This document shows positions 1-10,398 of a stretch of DNA of 64,000 bases, piece after piece. Made by a program: the position numbers and the translations under genes. The DNA comes from Muribaculaceae bacterium (GTDB lineage Bacteria > Bacteroidota > Bacteroidia > Bacteroidales > Muribaculaceae): positions 6,982 through 70,981 of the forward strand of contig JAFQSX010000008.1 of the NCBI GenBank assembly GCA_017409345.1, in the 5' to 3' direction. How positions within the stretch are numbered: position 1 is the first letter of the stretch; each line of letters begins with the position of its first letter. The notes under the pieces were generated by a model, which was not told the DNA's origin, searched no databases, and was given only the letters and a program-made list of their open reading frames with translations.

Positions 1-1188
1 GGTAGTAGTTCTGTTAAATATAAACTCATCAACACTTCAAACGACAATACACTTGCCGAAGGTGGTGTAGAACGTATCGGCCTTGAAGATGGGTTCTTAA
101 AATTCAAACGTGCTGATGGTTCAAAAGAAACAGTCGCTCTCGGACACATTGACCACAATGGAGCAGTTTCGGCTATTCTCAATAACCTCACCGATGAAAA
201 AGAAGGTTGCATCAAGAGCTATGATGAAATTGATGCAGTTGGGCACCGTGTAGTGCATGGTGGCGAAAAGTTCAATAAGAGTGTACTTATCGATGATGAT
301 GTGAAAGCCATGATTAAAGAATGCTACGACATCGCTCCTCTTCACAACCCCGCCAACATGACCGGCATTGAAGCTATCACTGCATTAATGCCTAATGTGC
401 CTCAAGTGGGTGTATTTGACACAGCATTCCACCAAACAATGCCTGCAAAATCGTTCATGTATGCCCTCCCATATAAATACTACGCTGAAGATGGCGTGCG
501 TCGCTATGGATTCCACGGAACAAGCCACCGCTATGTATCACAACGCGTGTGCGAATTCCTTGGTGTTGACATCAAAGAACAAAAAATCGTCACTTGCCAC
601 GTTGGTAATGGAGGGTCAATCACTGCCGTACTTAATGGCAAAAGTGTTGACACCTCAATGGGTTTAACTCCTACTGAAGGTCTTATGATGGGGACTCGTG
701 TAGGCGACGTTGACCCCGGTGCGTTGACCTATTTGATGACTAAACACAATCTCACCCCTGCTCAAATGCAAAATATCATCAACAAGGAAAGTGGTATGGC
801 TGGTGTGTCAGAAATTTCTTCAGATATGCGAGAAATCGAAGCCGCCGACAAAGCAGGTGTTGAACGCGCACAAATGGCATTGGCAATGTATGAACAACGT
901 ATCATTAAATATGTAGGTGCATATGCTGCTGAAATGGGGGGTGTTGACATTATCGTATTTACAGGTGGTGTTGGTGAAAACCAAACAGGTGTACGCGAAA
1001 ACGTGTGCCGTCCACTCGGTTTCATGGGCGTAGAACTCGACAACGAGCTCAATGCAAAAATTCGTGGCACCGAAACAGTGATTTCTACCCCAGCTTCAAA
1101 AGTGAAAGTAGTGGTAATCCCTACCGACGAAGAATTAATGATTGCTCGCGATACTGAAGCTATCGTTAATGGCCGTCAACCCGAATAA
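1..1188 (+). CDS. ackA: acetate kinase, 5' end truncated by the window edge
   Basis: Frame 1 is open from nt 1 (GSSSVKYKLI...) and runs into ORF 253..1188. It contains VGHRVVHGG, FDTAFHQTMP and YGFHGTSH, typical of acetate kinase. Confidence 0.95.
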   Translation, partial: GSSSVKYKLINTSNDNTLAEGGVERIGLEDGFLKFKRADGSKETVALGHIDHNGAVSAILNNLTDEKEGCIKSYDEIDAVGHRVVHGGEKFNKSVLIDDDVKAMIKECYDIAPLHNPANMTGIEAITALMPNVPQVGVFDTAFHQTMPAKSFMYALPYKYYAEDGVRRYGFHGTSHRYVSQRVCEFLGVDIKEQKIVTCHVGNGGSITAVLNGKSVDTSMGLTPTEGLMMGTRVGDVDPGALTYLMTKHNLTPAQMQNIINKESGMAGVSEISSDMREIEAADKAGVERAQMALAMYEQRIIKYVGAYAAEMGGVDIIVFTGGVGENQTGVRENVCRPLGFMGVELDNELNAKIRGTETVISTPASKVKVVVIPTDEELMIARDTEAIVNGRQPE

Positions 1189-1218
1189 TAATATTTTAAT
1201 CAACCTTATAGGCTCACT

Positions 1219-1250
1219 CACCCTCTAATTTTCTATTTAATTAGAGGGTG
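1219..1250 (+). terminator. hairpin downstream of ackA
   Basis: caccctctaatt / aattagagggtg form a perfect 12-bp stem with an 8-nt loop. No clear T-tract follows. Confidence 0.35.
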
Positions 1251-1330
1251 AATGCAAAGCCACCGGAATCTTCCCCTATCAAAATTCAGTTTCTAAAAAT
1301 CTACAACACATAGTATATATTTATAATTTT

Positions 1331-2227
1331 ATGAAAAAAATCAGAGCAGCCATCGTAGGATATGGCAACATTGGTCAATTTGTACTCGACGCTATTGAAA
1401 CTGCTCCCGACTTTGAAGTTGCAGGTGTAGTGCGTCGTAGCGTCAGCAATATCCCTGCTGAGCTTAATTGCTATAGCGTAGTTACCGACATCGACCAACT
1501 TGAGAATGTAGATGTAGCAATACTTTGCACTCCTACTCGCGAAGTAGAAAAATATGCTACACAATATCTTGCTAAAGGTATTAATACCGTAGATAGTTTT
1601 GACATTCACACAGGCATTGCCGACCTTCGTCGCAATCTCAATGCCGTTGCGCAAGCCAACGGCACTGTCGCCATTATTTCAGCCGGTTGGGATCCGGGTA
1701 GCGACTCGGTTGTTCGCACTCTACTTCAAGCCGCAGCCCCAAAGGGATTGACTTATACCAATTTCGGTCCCGGAATGAGTATGGGACACACCGTGTGTGT
1801 AAAATCAAAAGAAGGAGTTAAAAATGCTCTTTCAATGACCATTCCATTAGGCACCGGCATTCACCGTCGCATGGTATATGTGGAGCTTGAAGATGGTTAT
1901 TCTCTAGACCAAGTAGCAAAAGCGGTAAAAGAAGACCCTTACTTTGCAAATGACGAGACCCATGTGATGCAAGTAACTTCGGTTGATGAAGTGAAAGATA
2001 TGGGACATGGCGTGAACATGGTTCGCAAAGGTGTATCAGGCAAGACTCAAAACCAACGCTTTGAATTCAACATGAGCATCAATAACCCTGCCCTTACGGC
2101 TCAAATGCTCGTGAGCGTGGCTCGTGCCTCTATGAATCAAAAGCCCGGAGCATATACAATGATTGAAATTCCGGTAATCGACTTACTACCCGGCGACCGC
2201 GAAGATCTCATCAGCCACCTCGTGTAA
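1331..2227 (+). CDS. ddh: meso-diaminopimelate D-dehydrogenase
   Basis: 298-aa ORF with a Rossmann N-terminus (MKKIRAAIVGYGNIGQ). Length and overall sequence fit Ddh of Bacteroides/Corynebacterium. Recognised by eye. Confidence 0.85.
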   Translation: MKKIRAAIVGYGNIGQFVLDAIETAPDFEVAGVVRRSVSNIPAELNCYSVVTDIDQLENVDVAILCTPTREVEKYATQYLAKGINTVDSFDIHTGIADLRRNLNAVAQANGTVAIISAGWDPGSDSVVRTLLQAAAPKGLTYTNFGPGMSMGHTVCVKSKEGVKNALSMTIPLGTGIHRRMVYVELEDGYSLDQVAKAVKEDPYFANDETHVMQVTSVDEVKDMGHGVNMVRKGVSGKTQNQRFEFNMSINNPALTAQMLVSVARASMNQKPGAYTMIEIPVIDLLPGDREDLISHLV

Positions 2228-2254
2228 TTTAAATTCAAATTACAAGTATTATAC

Positions 2255-2294
2255 GACGATGTATCTATTTAAATATGATACATCGTCTTTTTTT
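2255..2294 (+). terminator. rho-independent terminator after ddh
   Basis: gacgatgtatc / gatacatcgtc form an 11-bp stem followed by ttttttt. Confidence 0.7.
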
Positions 2295-2352
2295 ATCATA
2301 TTTGCCGGTTGTTTTTATTGTTAATATATTTTGTGATTCCATATAAACACAC

Positions 2353-2360
2353 TAACTTTG
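2353..2360 (+). promoter_or_regulatory. Bacteroidota -7 promoter motif TAACTTTG
   Basis: Match to TAnnTTTG about 30 nt upstream of the 2386/2392 start. Confidence 0.4.
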
Positions 2361-2385
2361 CTAAAGAATTTACAACAATACGTTA

Positions 2386-2778
2386 TTGTTAATGATTAAA
2401 AATCTTTTAAGATTTATAACTCCTATAATTATACTCGCCATAGCACTGACTATTGGCACCAATAATTCGAAATCAATTGTTTTAGAGGAGTCTATTGACA
2501 ACTCTATGTCACAAATTGACGCCACATATATCGAACCTGCTACCATTGATTTTGAATTATTCTTTCCCCGACAAATATCTTCAACTAATATCCTTCGGCT
2601 ACAAAACACCGCAAAAAGGATAAATAGCACTCAAAAAAACAATATCACACACTTCAATTCTAGTCGAATTGAAAACCTCGGAATTAAGAATTTCATTAAC
2701 GAAAAATCATCAATCATCCATTCTTCGTTTATCAAGCCTTTTCATCGGTTGATTTGCCTTGGTAAACTTATTATTTAG
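2386..2778 (+). CDS. hypothetical signal-anchored protein
   Basis: 130-aa ORF (TTG at 2386, ATG at 2392) with one hydrophobic N-terminal segment and an Asn/Ser-rich body. No family recognised. Confidence 0.35.
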   Translation: MLMIKNLLRFITPIIILAIALTIGTNNSKSIVLEESIDNSMSQIDATYIEPATIDFELFFPRQISSTNILRLQNTAKRINSTQKNNITHFNSSRIENLGIKNFINEKSSIIHSSFIKPFHRLICLGKLII

Positions 2779-2896
2779 TGTTCTATATCCTATAATTTAT
2801 AGTGGTATTTTCCTTACACAAGGATAATATCACCATTTTGTTATGCTGATAACAAAACTCAATTATAAAAACATACACTAAATATACTAATTTAAA

Positions 2897-4633
2897 ATGG
2901 ATATTTTTCAGATATTTACTCTTTTAGGAGCATTAGGTATGTTCCTATATGGTATGAACTTAATGAGTTCAGGTCTTCAAAAAGCATCAGGCGACAAACT
3001 TAGAAGTTTCCTTTCGGCTATGACATCCAACCCATTTAAAGGGGTTTTGACCGGACTTGGCATCACATCAATAGTTCAATCATCTTCGGCTACAACTGTA
3101 ATGGTTGTAAGTTTTGTAAATGCTGGACTACTCTCACTAGGACAAGCGATCGGAGTGATTATGGGAGCCAACATCGGTACAACAGTAACCGCATGGCTTG
3201 TATCATGGCTCGGTTTCAAGGCCGACATCTCAATTCTTGCAGTACCATTAATGGTATTCGGATTCTTATTCTCAAACTCCAAGAAAAACCAACGTCAAAA
3301 CATTGGCGAATTAATTGTTGGCTTCTGTCTTTTATTCCTTGGTCTTTCTTTTATGAAAGAATCTGTTCCCGATTTAAATAGCACCCCCGAGGTTTTAGAA
3401 TTCGTAAAAACATGGTCTAGTTATGGATTCAGTTCGATCTTGATTTTCCTTGCATTCGGTACCGTTCTCACTCTTGTTCTTCAATCTTCATCAGCCACAA
3501 TGGCCATCACTCTCATTATGTTGAGCATGGGATGGATTCCATTTAATATGGCATGCGCTATGGTATTAGGCGAAAACATTGGGACGACTATCACTGCAAA
3601 TATTGCGGCAGCAGTTGGTAACACCCAAGCCAAAAGAGCGGCAATGTCGCACACGATATTCAATGTATTTGGTGTAATTTGGGCTTTGATATTATTTAAA
3701 CCATTCCTTGCCCTTGTTGGAAAAATAACTGAAGTAATTTTTGGGCTACCCAATCCTGCTGAAGAAGGATTTACTGTATCCTCTCCAAATTCCGACTCCG
3801 GAGTAGCGGCTTTATATGGTCTTTCTATGCTTCATACATTATTCAACGCCATAAATACATTCATATTAGTTTGGTTTATAAAGTATATTGAAAAACTTGT
3901 CGTATTAATCATCAAGGCGCCAAAAAACAAAGAAAACGAAGTATTCCGTCTTAAATATATTTCGGCCGGACCAGTAGCGACTCCGGAACTTGCAACCGAA
4001 CAAGCATTTAACGAAATTATTCATTTTGCCCAGATCTCTAAGAAGGGACTCGGATATGCAAAGGCTGCAATTGAAGAAAAGAATCACGATAAATTTGAAG
4101 AACTTCGAAATAAGTTAGTAAAATATGAGGAAATATCTGACCGCATAGAATATGAAATTGCAGCATTCCTTAATGCCGTATCAGCCGGAGATATAAGTGA
4201 AGAATCTTCAAAAAGAATCAAAGCAATGTACAAGATTATCGGAGAATTGGAATCTCTCGGTGATTCAGGCGAAGCAATCAGTCGCATTCTTTCTCGGCGC
4301 AACATTCATAAAAAGACATTTGACGAAGACACCATCAATAAGATTAACAATATTATAGTGGCTGTTGACAATGCTTATGATGTGATGATTGACAACCTCA
4401 TTGCCGCTCACAAAGGCACTCTCACCGAAATTTCAAATGCGTATAATGCTGAAGACCGAATAAACAACCTCAGAAGCAATCTTCGTGACGCAGAGATTGA
4501 AGACATCGAACACAATGTAAAAAATTATCAAACAAGTGTTTACTATATTGACATTATAAATCAACTTGAACAAATGGGCGACTTCATTATCAATATCTCA
4601 CAATATCTTGAAATCGCATTCGCTCAACGATAA
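2897..4633 (+). CDS. Na/Pi cotransporter family protein with a C-terminal PhoU-like domain
   Basis: 578 aa. The QSSSATT motif occurs twice (GITSIVQSSSATTVMVV and LVLQSSSATMAITL). The helical C-terminal half resembles PhoU. Confidence 0.85.
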   Translation: MDIFQIFTLLGALGMFLYGMNLMSSGLQKASGDKLRSFLSAMTSNPFKGVLTGLGITSIVQSSSATTVMVVSFVNAGLLSLGQAIGVIMGANIGTTVTAWLVSWLGFKADISILAVPLMVFGFLFSNSKKNQRQNIGELIVGFCLLFLGLSFMKESVPDLNSTPEVLEFVKTWSSYGFSSILIFLAFGTVLTLVLQSSSATMAITLIMLSMGWIPFNMACAMVLGENIGTTITANIAAAVGNTQAKRAAMSHTIFNVFGVIWALILFKPFLALVGKITEVIFGLPNPAEEGFTVSSPNSDSGVAALYGLSMLHTLFNAINTFILVWFIKYIEKLVVLIIKAPKNKENEVFRLKYISAGPVATPELATEQAFNEIIHFAQISKKGLGYAKAAIEEKNHDKFEELRNKLVKYEEISDRIEYEIAAFLNAVSAGDISEESSKRIKAMYKIIGELESLGDSGEAISRILSRRNIHKKTFDEDTINKINNIIVAVDNAYDVMIDNLIAAHKGTLTEISNAYNAEDRINNLRSNLRDAEIEDIEHNVKNYQTSVYYIDIINQLEQMGDFIINISQYLEIAFAQR

Positions 4634-4652
4634 TATTTATTAGAGCATCATT

Positions 4653-4695
4653 ACACTTGGCTTAATCCTTTTTGAATTAAGCCAAGTGTTTTTAT
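4653..4695 (+). terminator. rho-independent terminator
   Basis: acacttggcttaat / attaagccaagtgt form a 14-bp stem followed by ttttatt. Confidence 0.7.
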
Positions 4696-4749
4696 TATAA
4701 AATAATCAAAACGGAGATAGGATAATTTGCAGGTTGACGGGATATAATG

Positions 4750-4757
4750 TATTTTTG
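4750..4757 (+). promoter_or_regulatory. -7 promoter motif TATTTTTG
   Basis: TAnnTTTG about 40 nt upstream of the 4796 start. Confidence 0.4.
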
Positions 4758-4795
4758 TAGAATATTTATCTTTAATAAACTATATTACATATTTC

Positions 4796-6187
4796 ATGCT
4801 TGAATCAATAGGAAATTTCATCACAACAATCGCCGATTTTGTGTGTGGCTATCCAATGTTTTTCACACTCATAGGTGGAGGATTGTTTCTCTTTATATAT
4901 TCGGGAGCAGTATCTATTCGACGTCTCCCCTATGCTCTTGCTGCATTACGTACCAAAAGCGACGCAAAGAATGGGCAAATCAGTTCGGCTCAAGCACTTG
5001 CATCGGTTGTTGCAGCCACTGTTGGCCTTGGAAATATTGCCGGCGTAACAATTGCATTGGTCATGGGTGGGCCCGGTGCTATTTTTTGGTTATGGGTAAG
5101 TGCTATCGTGGGAATGTGTACCAAATATCATGAAGGTGTACTTGCTATCATGTATAAAGGGAAAGATAATGAAGGAAATCCTCAAGGTGGCCCCATGTAT
5201 ATTATTGAGCGAGGTTTAGGTATGAAATGGAAACCTATGGCAGTATTTTTTGCCATTGCCGGGATGTTTGGAACAATGTGTATCATGAATGCCAACCAAC
5301 TTGCAGAGGGTGCAGTTGCTACATTCACAACTCCCGAATGGATTGCCAATAGCGAATTCCTATCATTTATTTCATCAATTACATCGCTCGACAATCTTCA
5401 TTCATTCAAACTTATATTTGGCATCGTCGTTGCTACAATTGTAGCACTTGTTGTTCTTGGAGGGATTAAACGTATCGCAAATGTGGCTACCGTCCTAGTT
5501 CCATTTATGGTTGGTGCATATTTTTTAATGGTACTATATATCATAATTACACATATTGGGGATGTTCCCGAAGTGTTTGCAAGTATTTTCCGTGAAGCAT
5601 TTAATCTTGAAGCCGGTTGGGGAGCATTGATAGGAGTAGCACTCATTGGTGCTCGTCGAGCCGCATTGGTGAATGATGCCGGAGTCGGTACTGCTTCAAT
5701 CATGCACGGAGCATCTCGAAACGACCAACCTGTGCGCGAAGGTCTTGTGGCAATGTTAGGACCTAGTATTGATTCCGGATTAGTATGCACACTTACCGCA
5801 TTGGCAATTCTACTTTGTGGAGATATTAATGTAGAAGGAGTGCAAGGCCTTCAAGTTGCAATGGACGCGTTTGGAAATGCGATACCGGGAGGCAAATATA
5901 TGCTTATGATTATTGTTATCTGCTTCGGTATGTCTTCAATGTTCTCCTATTCTTTCTATGGCAACAGATGTGCAAGTTATCTATTTGGCGCAAAAAACGC
6001 AAAATACTACACCTACTTCTTTATCCTTTCACTAGTGATATTTGCAGTAGTTCCTCTATCAGCAGCAGTGGGAGTATGCGACCTTTTCTATGGGTTAATG
6101 GCATTTCCCACCATGATTGCTATTCTTAAATTAAGTCCTAAGGTAAAACAGGCTACTAAACAATATTTTGCAGAGAAAGAGAAATAA
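4796..6187 (+). CDS. alanine/glycine:cation symporter (AGCS family)
   Basis: 463-aa polytopic ORF with SSAQALASVVAATVGLGNIAGV and GPGAIFWLW, hallmarks of sodium:alanine symporters. Confidence 0.88.
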   Translation: MLESIGNFITTIADFVCGYPMFFTLIGGGLFLFIYSGAVSIRRLPYALAALRTKSDAKNGQISSAQALASVVAATVGLGNIAGVTIALVMGGPGAIFWLWVSAIVGMCTKYHEGVLAIMYKGKDNEGNPQGGPMYIIERGLGMKWKPMAVFFAIAGMFGTMCIMNANQLAEGAVATFTTPEWIANSEFLSFISSITSLDNLHSFKLIFGIVVATIVALVVLGGIKRIANVATVLVPFMVGAYFLMVLYIIITHIGDVPEVFASIFREAFNLEAGWGALIGVALIGARRAALVNDAGVGTASIMHGASRNDQPVREGLVAMLGPSIDSGLVCTLTALAILLCGDINVEGVQGLQVAMDAFGNAIPGGKYMLMIIVICFGMSSMFSYSFYGNRCASYLFGAKNAKYYTYFFILSLVIFAVVPLSAAVGVCDLFYGLMAFPTMIAILKLSPKVKQATKQYFAEKEK

Positions 6188-6214
6188 TCATTAATTCATT
6201 AAATCTGATTAATT

Positions 6215-7087
6215 ATGCTCAATTTCATAACATGGACAGCCGATCCCATTTTATTTGATTTTTCTATATTTGAAGTCCGATGGTATTCTCTTATGTTCCT
6301 TATTGGATTCCTGGGAGGATATAAAATTGTAGAAAAGATATTCAAACACGAAGGAGCTCCCGAAAGTTGGCTCGGCTCATTGCTTATATGGGTAATGGCT
6401 GGGACTATTATCGGTGCTCGTCTTGGTCATGTATTTTTCTACGAATGGGATCAATATTCACAAAACCCAATAGATATATTTAAAGTGTGGGAAGGTGGAT
6501 TGGCTAGCCATGGGGGCACAATAGGTGTCGCGATTGCTGTCATCTTGTTTTCTCGTTTTAAAACCAAACGAAATCCACTGTGGACATTCGATCGTTTGGC
6601 GGTAGCTGTAGCAATGGTAGCCGGATTAATACGCCTTGGCAATCTTTTCAATCACGAAATATATGGTCATGTAACCAATATGCCTTGGGCATTTTGTTTC
6701 ATTGAGAATATTCGTGCTTGGCAAGCTGGAGCAGAGCCCATTTTCACTGCGCCATCTCACCCAACACAACTATATGAAGCACTTTGCTACTTTGCGTTGT
6801 TTGGATTGTTAATGTGGCTATATTGGAAAAAAAATGCACAAGAACGCCAAGGATTATTACTCGGCATCTTCTTCGTTTGGGTATTTGGCTCTCGATTCCT
6901 CATCGAATTCGTAAAGAACAATCAAGTTGCATGGGAAGAATCAATGACTCTCAACATGGGACAATGGCTCAGCATTCCATTTGTACTGATAGGCATCGCA
7001 CTCATCATCTACGCTATGAAACGCCCTCGCATCGCCCTTGAATACCCCAACAAATTCCCCGATGAAAGTAAAGGCAAAAAGAGATAA
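6215..7087 (+). CDS. lgt: prolipoprotein diacylglyceryl transferase
   Basis: 290 aa with RWYSLMFLIGF, GARLGHVFFY and WEGGLASHGG, which are Lgt signatures. Confidence 0.9.
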   Translation: MLNFITWTADPILFDFSIFEVRWYSLMFLIGFLGGYKIVEKIFKHEGAPESWLGSLLIWVMAGTIIGARLGHVFFYEWDQYSQNPIDIFKVWEGGLASHGGTIGVAIAVILFSRFKTKRNPLWTFDRLAVAVAMVAGLIRLGNLFNHEIYGHVTNMPWAFCFIENIRAWQAGAEPIFTAPSHPTQLYEALCYFALFGLLMWLYWKKNAQERQGLLLGIFFVWVFGSRFLIEFVKNNQVAWEESMTLNMGQWLSIPFVLIGIALIIYAMKRPRIALEYPNKFPDESKGKKR

Positions 7088-7161
7088 GTTCTCAATAGTT
7101 TACGAAATCGCGAATATCAGTTCCAATAATTATACACTTGAGACTTTGTCTATATTATACG

Positions 7162-7191
7162 AAAAAAGAGGCTACATTTAGCCTCTTTTTT
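7162..7191. terminator. bidirectional terminator between lgt and the 7224..7625 gene
   Basis: aaaaaagaggc / gcctctttttt form a stem with A-runs and T-runs on either side. Confidence 0.65.
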
Positions 7192-7223
7192 CATATAATT
7201 ACTTTAACTTTGATAATCTATCG

Positions 7224-7625
7224 CTATTCCTGTTTTTTAGTCATATCCATTACCGGAACCATACCTTCGGTTGGCATATAAATGATTTGAGGTAACGAAC
7301 CTTTATCAGATATTTTCTCTAAAGTGCGAATAAAAAGATATTGGTTGTAGGTACTTGTGAGCTTACCATTTTCAATTTCCATTGCTTCAGCCATACCTTT
7401 TGCTCTTTCAATTTCGGCCTGCGCATTTAATTTTTCAGCTTCTAATTTAGCCTTGGCCTCTTCTACAAGGATCATTCTATTTTGCTCGGCACGAGCCATT
7501 TCAGCCTTTCCTTCCATTTCTTGTTGCCATACATTGTACTTAGGAATTCCAAACATAAGACCTACGATAATTGCAACTACAACTCCTACTGATACTAGGA
7601 TTTGAATAAATGTTCCATTTTTCAT
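7224..7625 (-). CDS. small membrane-anchored coiled-coil protein (SPFH/prohibitin C-terminal-tail-like)
   Basis: 133 aa. One N-terminal TM segment is followed by an Ala/Glu/Lys-rich helix (AEQNRMILVEEAKAKLEAEKLNAQAEIERAKGMAEA) and a YLFIRTLEKI tail, like the end of Band-7 proteins. The SPFH core is absent. Confidence 0.5.
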   Translation of the reverse strand: MKNGTFIQILVSVGVVVAIIVGLMFGIPKYNVWQQEMEGKAEMARAEQNRMILVEEAKAKLEAEKLNAQAEIERAKGMAEAMEIENGKLTSTYNQYLFIRTLEKISDKGSLPQIIYMPTEGMVPVMDMTKKQE

Positions 7626-7652
7626 AAAATTCTATTTTTGTTGGTTAATATG

Positions 7653-8378
7653 TTATTTATCCTTTTCAGGTAGTGCCGAATGGATTATATTGTAAGATTC
7701 TTCCATTACATCTTTTATCCTAAATCCACCCTCAGGAACTTCTATCGGTTTATGAATTGTTATTTTGATGTGTCCCCACATAGGAAGTTTCTTAAATCGA
7801 GGCATCACATCAAATGATCCATCTATTGTAATAGGCACAATAGGCAAATTAAATTGCACGGCCAATAGATATGCCCCTTTCTTAAATGGGATCATCTTTC
7901 CATCCCATGAGCGAGAGCCTTCGGGAAAGACAGTTATTGACATATCTTTCTGTAATTGCTGACGTGCAGTTGCCATAGTTTGTCTCACTGCGGCAGGAGA
8001 TGAATTATCCACAAAAATGTGACCTGCGCGCTTGCAACCCCACCCTAAAAATGGGATTTTTTCAAGGCTTTTTTTCATCATCCATCGGAAACTATGACCT
8101 AGGTAACCATATACCGAAAGAATATCGTATGCACCTTGGTGATTAGCAACAAACACGTATGGTGTTTTAGAATCAATATTCTCACGACCGAATACCGTCA
8201 CTTTTACAAATGAAATCCAGCAAATCAATCTACCCCACATCATTGCCGGATAATAACCCCACCAACGGCCACCGCCCAACATTGAGCCAATACCGGTTAA
8301 TATTCCTGCCAACGCAGTCAAAACAACTATCATTGGCACCATAAAGATACATTGATATATGCGATATAAAATCTTCAT
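7653..8378 (-). CDS. plsC: 1-acyl-sn-glycerol-3-phosphate acyltransferase
   Basis: 241 aa with the HX4D box (NHQGAYD) and the FPEGSRS motif of LPLAT acyltransferases. Confidence 0.8.
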   Translation of the reverse strand: MKILYRIYQCIFMVPMIVVLTALAGILTGIGSMLGGGRWWGYYPAMMWGRLICWISFVKVTVFGRENIDSKTPYVFVANHQGAYDILSVYGYLGHSFRWMMKKSLEKIPFLGWGCKRAGHIFVDNSSPAAVRQTMATARQQLQKDMSITVFPEGSRSWDGKMIPFKKGAYLLAVQFNLPIVPITIDGSFDVMPRFKKLPMWGHIKITIHKPIEVPEGGFRIKDVMEESYNIIHSALPEKDK

Positions 8379-8400
8379 TGTTTCGTTTTTTACTATAATG

Positions 8401-8408
8401 CAAAGTTA
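8401..8408 (-). promoter_or_regulatory. -7 promoter motif TAACTTTG (minus strand)
   Basis: The reverse complement of caaagtta lies just upstream of the plsC start. Confidence 0.35.
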
Positions 8409-8448
8409 CAAGTAAAATCGCAAACTCACAAATTTGACTTTTATTTCT

Positions 8449-8485
8449 AAAAACAAAAGGTTGCACTCGCATTGAATGCAACCTT
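8449..8485 (-). terminator. rho-independent terminator after glyA
   Basis: aaggttgca / tgcaacctt form the stem. On the minus strand it is followed by ttttgttttt. Confidence 0.65.
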
Positions 8486-8510
8486 ATAATATTAATAGTG
8501 TTTATCTATA

Positions 8511-9791
8511 TTAATATGCAAACATTGGGTATTCAACCATGATTGAGTTGACTTTTTCGCGTACTGAAGCGATGATTTTTTCATCTTCAGGATTAGAGAG
8601 AACAGTGTCGATCATTTCCACGATTTCACCCATGAGGTCTTCTTTAGCACCGCGAGTAGTAATAGCAGGAGTACCAAGACGGATACCTGAAGTTTGGAAT
8701 GGTGAACGGCTGTCGAATGGCACCATGTTTTTGTTTGCAGTGATATCGGCTTCAACGAGCACTTTTTCAGCAACTTTACCTGTCAATTCAGGGAATTTAG
8801 TGCGAAGGTCAACGAGCATACAGTGGTTGTCGGTACCACCTGAGATGATTTTATAACCCTTGTCAACAAGCGCTTGAGCCGTAACAGCAGCATTCTTTTT
8901 CACTTGTGCTTGATATTCTTTATAAGAAGGTTGAAGCGCTTCACCAAATGCTACTGCTTTAGCTGCAATAACATGTTCGAGAGGACCACCTTGCACACCT
9001 GGGAACACTGCAGAATCGAGCAATGATGACATCATACGAGTCACGCCCTTTGGAGTTTTCTTGCCCCAAGGATTTTCAAAGTCTTCACCAAGAAGAATGA
9101 TACCTCCACGAGGACCACGAAGTGTTTTGTGAGTTGTAGAAGTTACGATGTGAGCATATTTCACGGGGTTGTCAAGCAAACCTGCTGCAATAAGACCTGC
9201 AGGGTGAGCCATGTCAACCATGAAGATTGCACCGATTTCATCGGCAAGACGACGCATGCGTGCATAATCCCATTCACGAGAATATGCACTTGCACCACCG
9301 ATAATCAATTTAGGACGTTCGCGACGTGCCACTTCTTCCATTTGTTCGTAGTCAACCAAACCGGTATCTTCTTTCACGTTATATTCAAGAGCCTGGAACA
9401 TAAGGCCTGAGAAGTTTACAGGGCTACCATGTGAAAGGTGTCCACCATGAGCAAGGTTCAAACCGAGGAACTTATCACCGGGTTGCATGCAAGCCATAAA
9501 TACAGCCATATTGGCTTGTGCACCAGAGTGTGGTTGCACATTTGCATATGATGCACCGAAGATTTGTTTCAAACGTTCGATTGCAAGCGATTCTGCTTCA
9601 TCTACCACTTGGCAGCCGCCATAGTAACGATGTCCGGGATAACCTTCGGCATACTTATTAGTGAGGCATGAGCCCATTGCTTGCATCACTTGTTCGCTCA
9701 CAAAGTTTTCCGATGCAATTAGTTCGATACCTTTCTTTTGGCGTTGATGTTCACGCTCAATAATGTCAAAAATTTGGTTGTCTCTTTCCAT
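8511..9791 (-). CDS. glyA: serine hydroxymethyltransferase
   Basis: 426 aa with ELIASENF and the [17 protein letters not shown]-lysine motif. Confidence 0.97.
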   Translation of the reverse strand: MERDNQIFDIIEREHQRQKKGIELIASENFVSEQVMQAMGSCLTNKYAEGYPGHRYYGGCQVVDEAESLAIERLKQIFGASYANVQPHSGAQANMAVFMACMQPGDKFLGLNLAHGGHLSHGSPVNFSGLMFQALEYNVKEDTGLVDYEQMEEVARRERPKLIIGGASAYSREWDYARMRRLADEIGAIFMVDMAHPAGLIAAGLLDNPVKYAHIVTSTTHKTLRGPRGGIILLGEDFENPWGKKTPKGVTRMMSSLLDSAVFPGVQGGPLEHVIAAKAVAFGEALQPSYKEYQAQVKKNAAVTAQALVDKGYKIISGGTDNHCMLVDLRTKFPELTGKVAEKVLVEADITANKNMVPFDSRSPFQTSGIRLGTPAITTRGAKEDLMGEIVEMIDTVLSNPEDEKIIASVREKVNSIMVEYPMFAY

Positions 9792-9821
9792 AAATTTTGA
9801 TAATATATTTAATTATTATTT

Positions 9822-10394
9822 TTATTTCTTTTTCTTTACAGTCCACCCAAAGCCTCCTATTTTTTCTCCTTGAGTAAAATATCCTCCATGACTATAACTA
9901 ATAGGCGATGCCTTTGATAAATCAAAGGCTCCTGTTTCGGGGTCAAAATATTTTTCATCGGCAAGCACATTAAGCACTTCGGCGATAAACATATCATGAC
10001 TGCCAAGTTTTATTATCTCTTTCACACGACACTCTATCGACAATGGAGCCTCTTCTATATATGGGCAACTCACCTTTTCTCCCGGCATAGGTGTAAGACC
10101 GGTCTCTTTCCATTTGTCAAAGTCGCGTCCCGAACGCACTCCACACCAATCGGTAGCTCGTGCCATTTCTTCGGTTGTGACATTTATTGTAAACTCCATC
10201 TCCTCCTTGAGGATGCCATAACTATGACGCTCGGGACGAATGGAGATATAACACATTGCAGGATTTGTGCAGATGGTGCCGGTCCAAGCCACGGTAATGA
10301 GATTGCGACGCTCGGGAGTGTTGCCACAACTCACAAGCACTGCAGGCAGTGGATAAATCATTGTTCCGGGCTTCCAACTCTGCTTCATCGGCAA
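9822..10394 (-). CDS. flavin reductase family protein
   Basis: 190 aa. The PLPAVLVS...NLITVAWTG pattern is typical of the Flavin_Reduct fold. Confidence 0.75.
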   Translation of the reverse strand: MPMKQSWKPGTMIYPLPAVLVSCGNTPERRNLITVAWTGTICTNPAMCYISIRPERHSYGILKEEMEFTINVTTEEMARATDWCGVRSGRDFDKWKETGLTPMPGEKVSCPYIEEAPLSIECRVKEIIKLGSHDMFIAEVLNVLADEKYFDPETGAFDLSKASPISYSHGGYFTQGEKIGGFGWTVKKKK

Positions 10395-10398
10395 TCGT

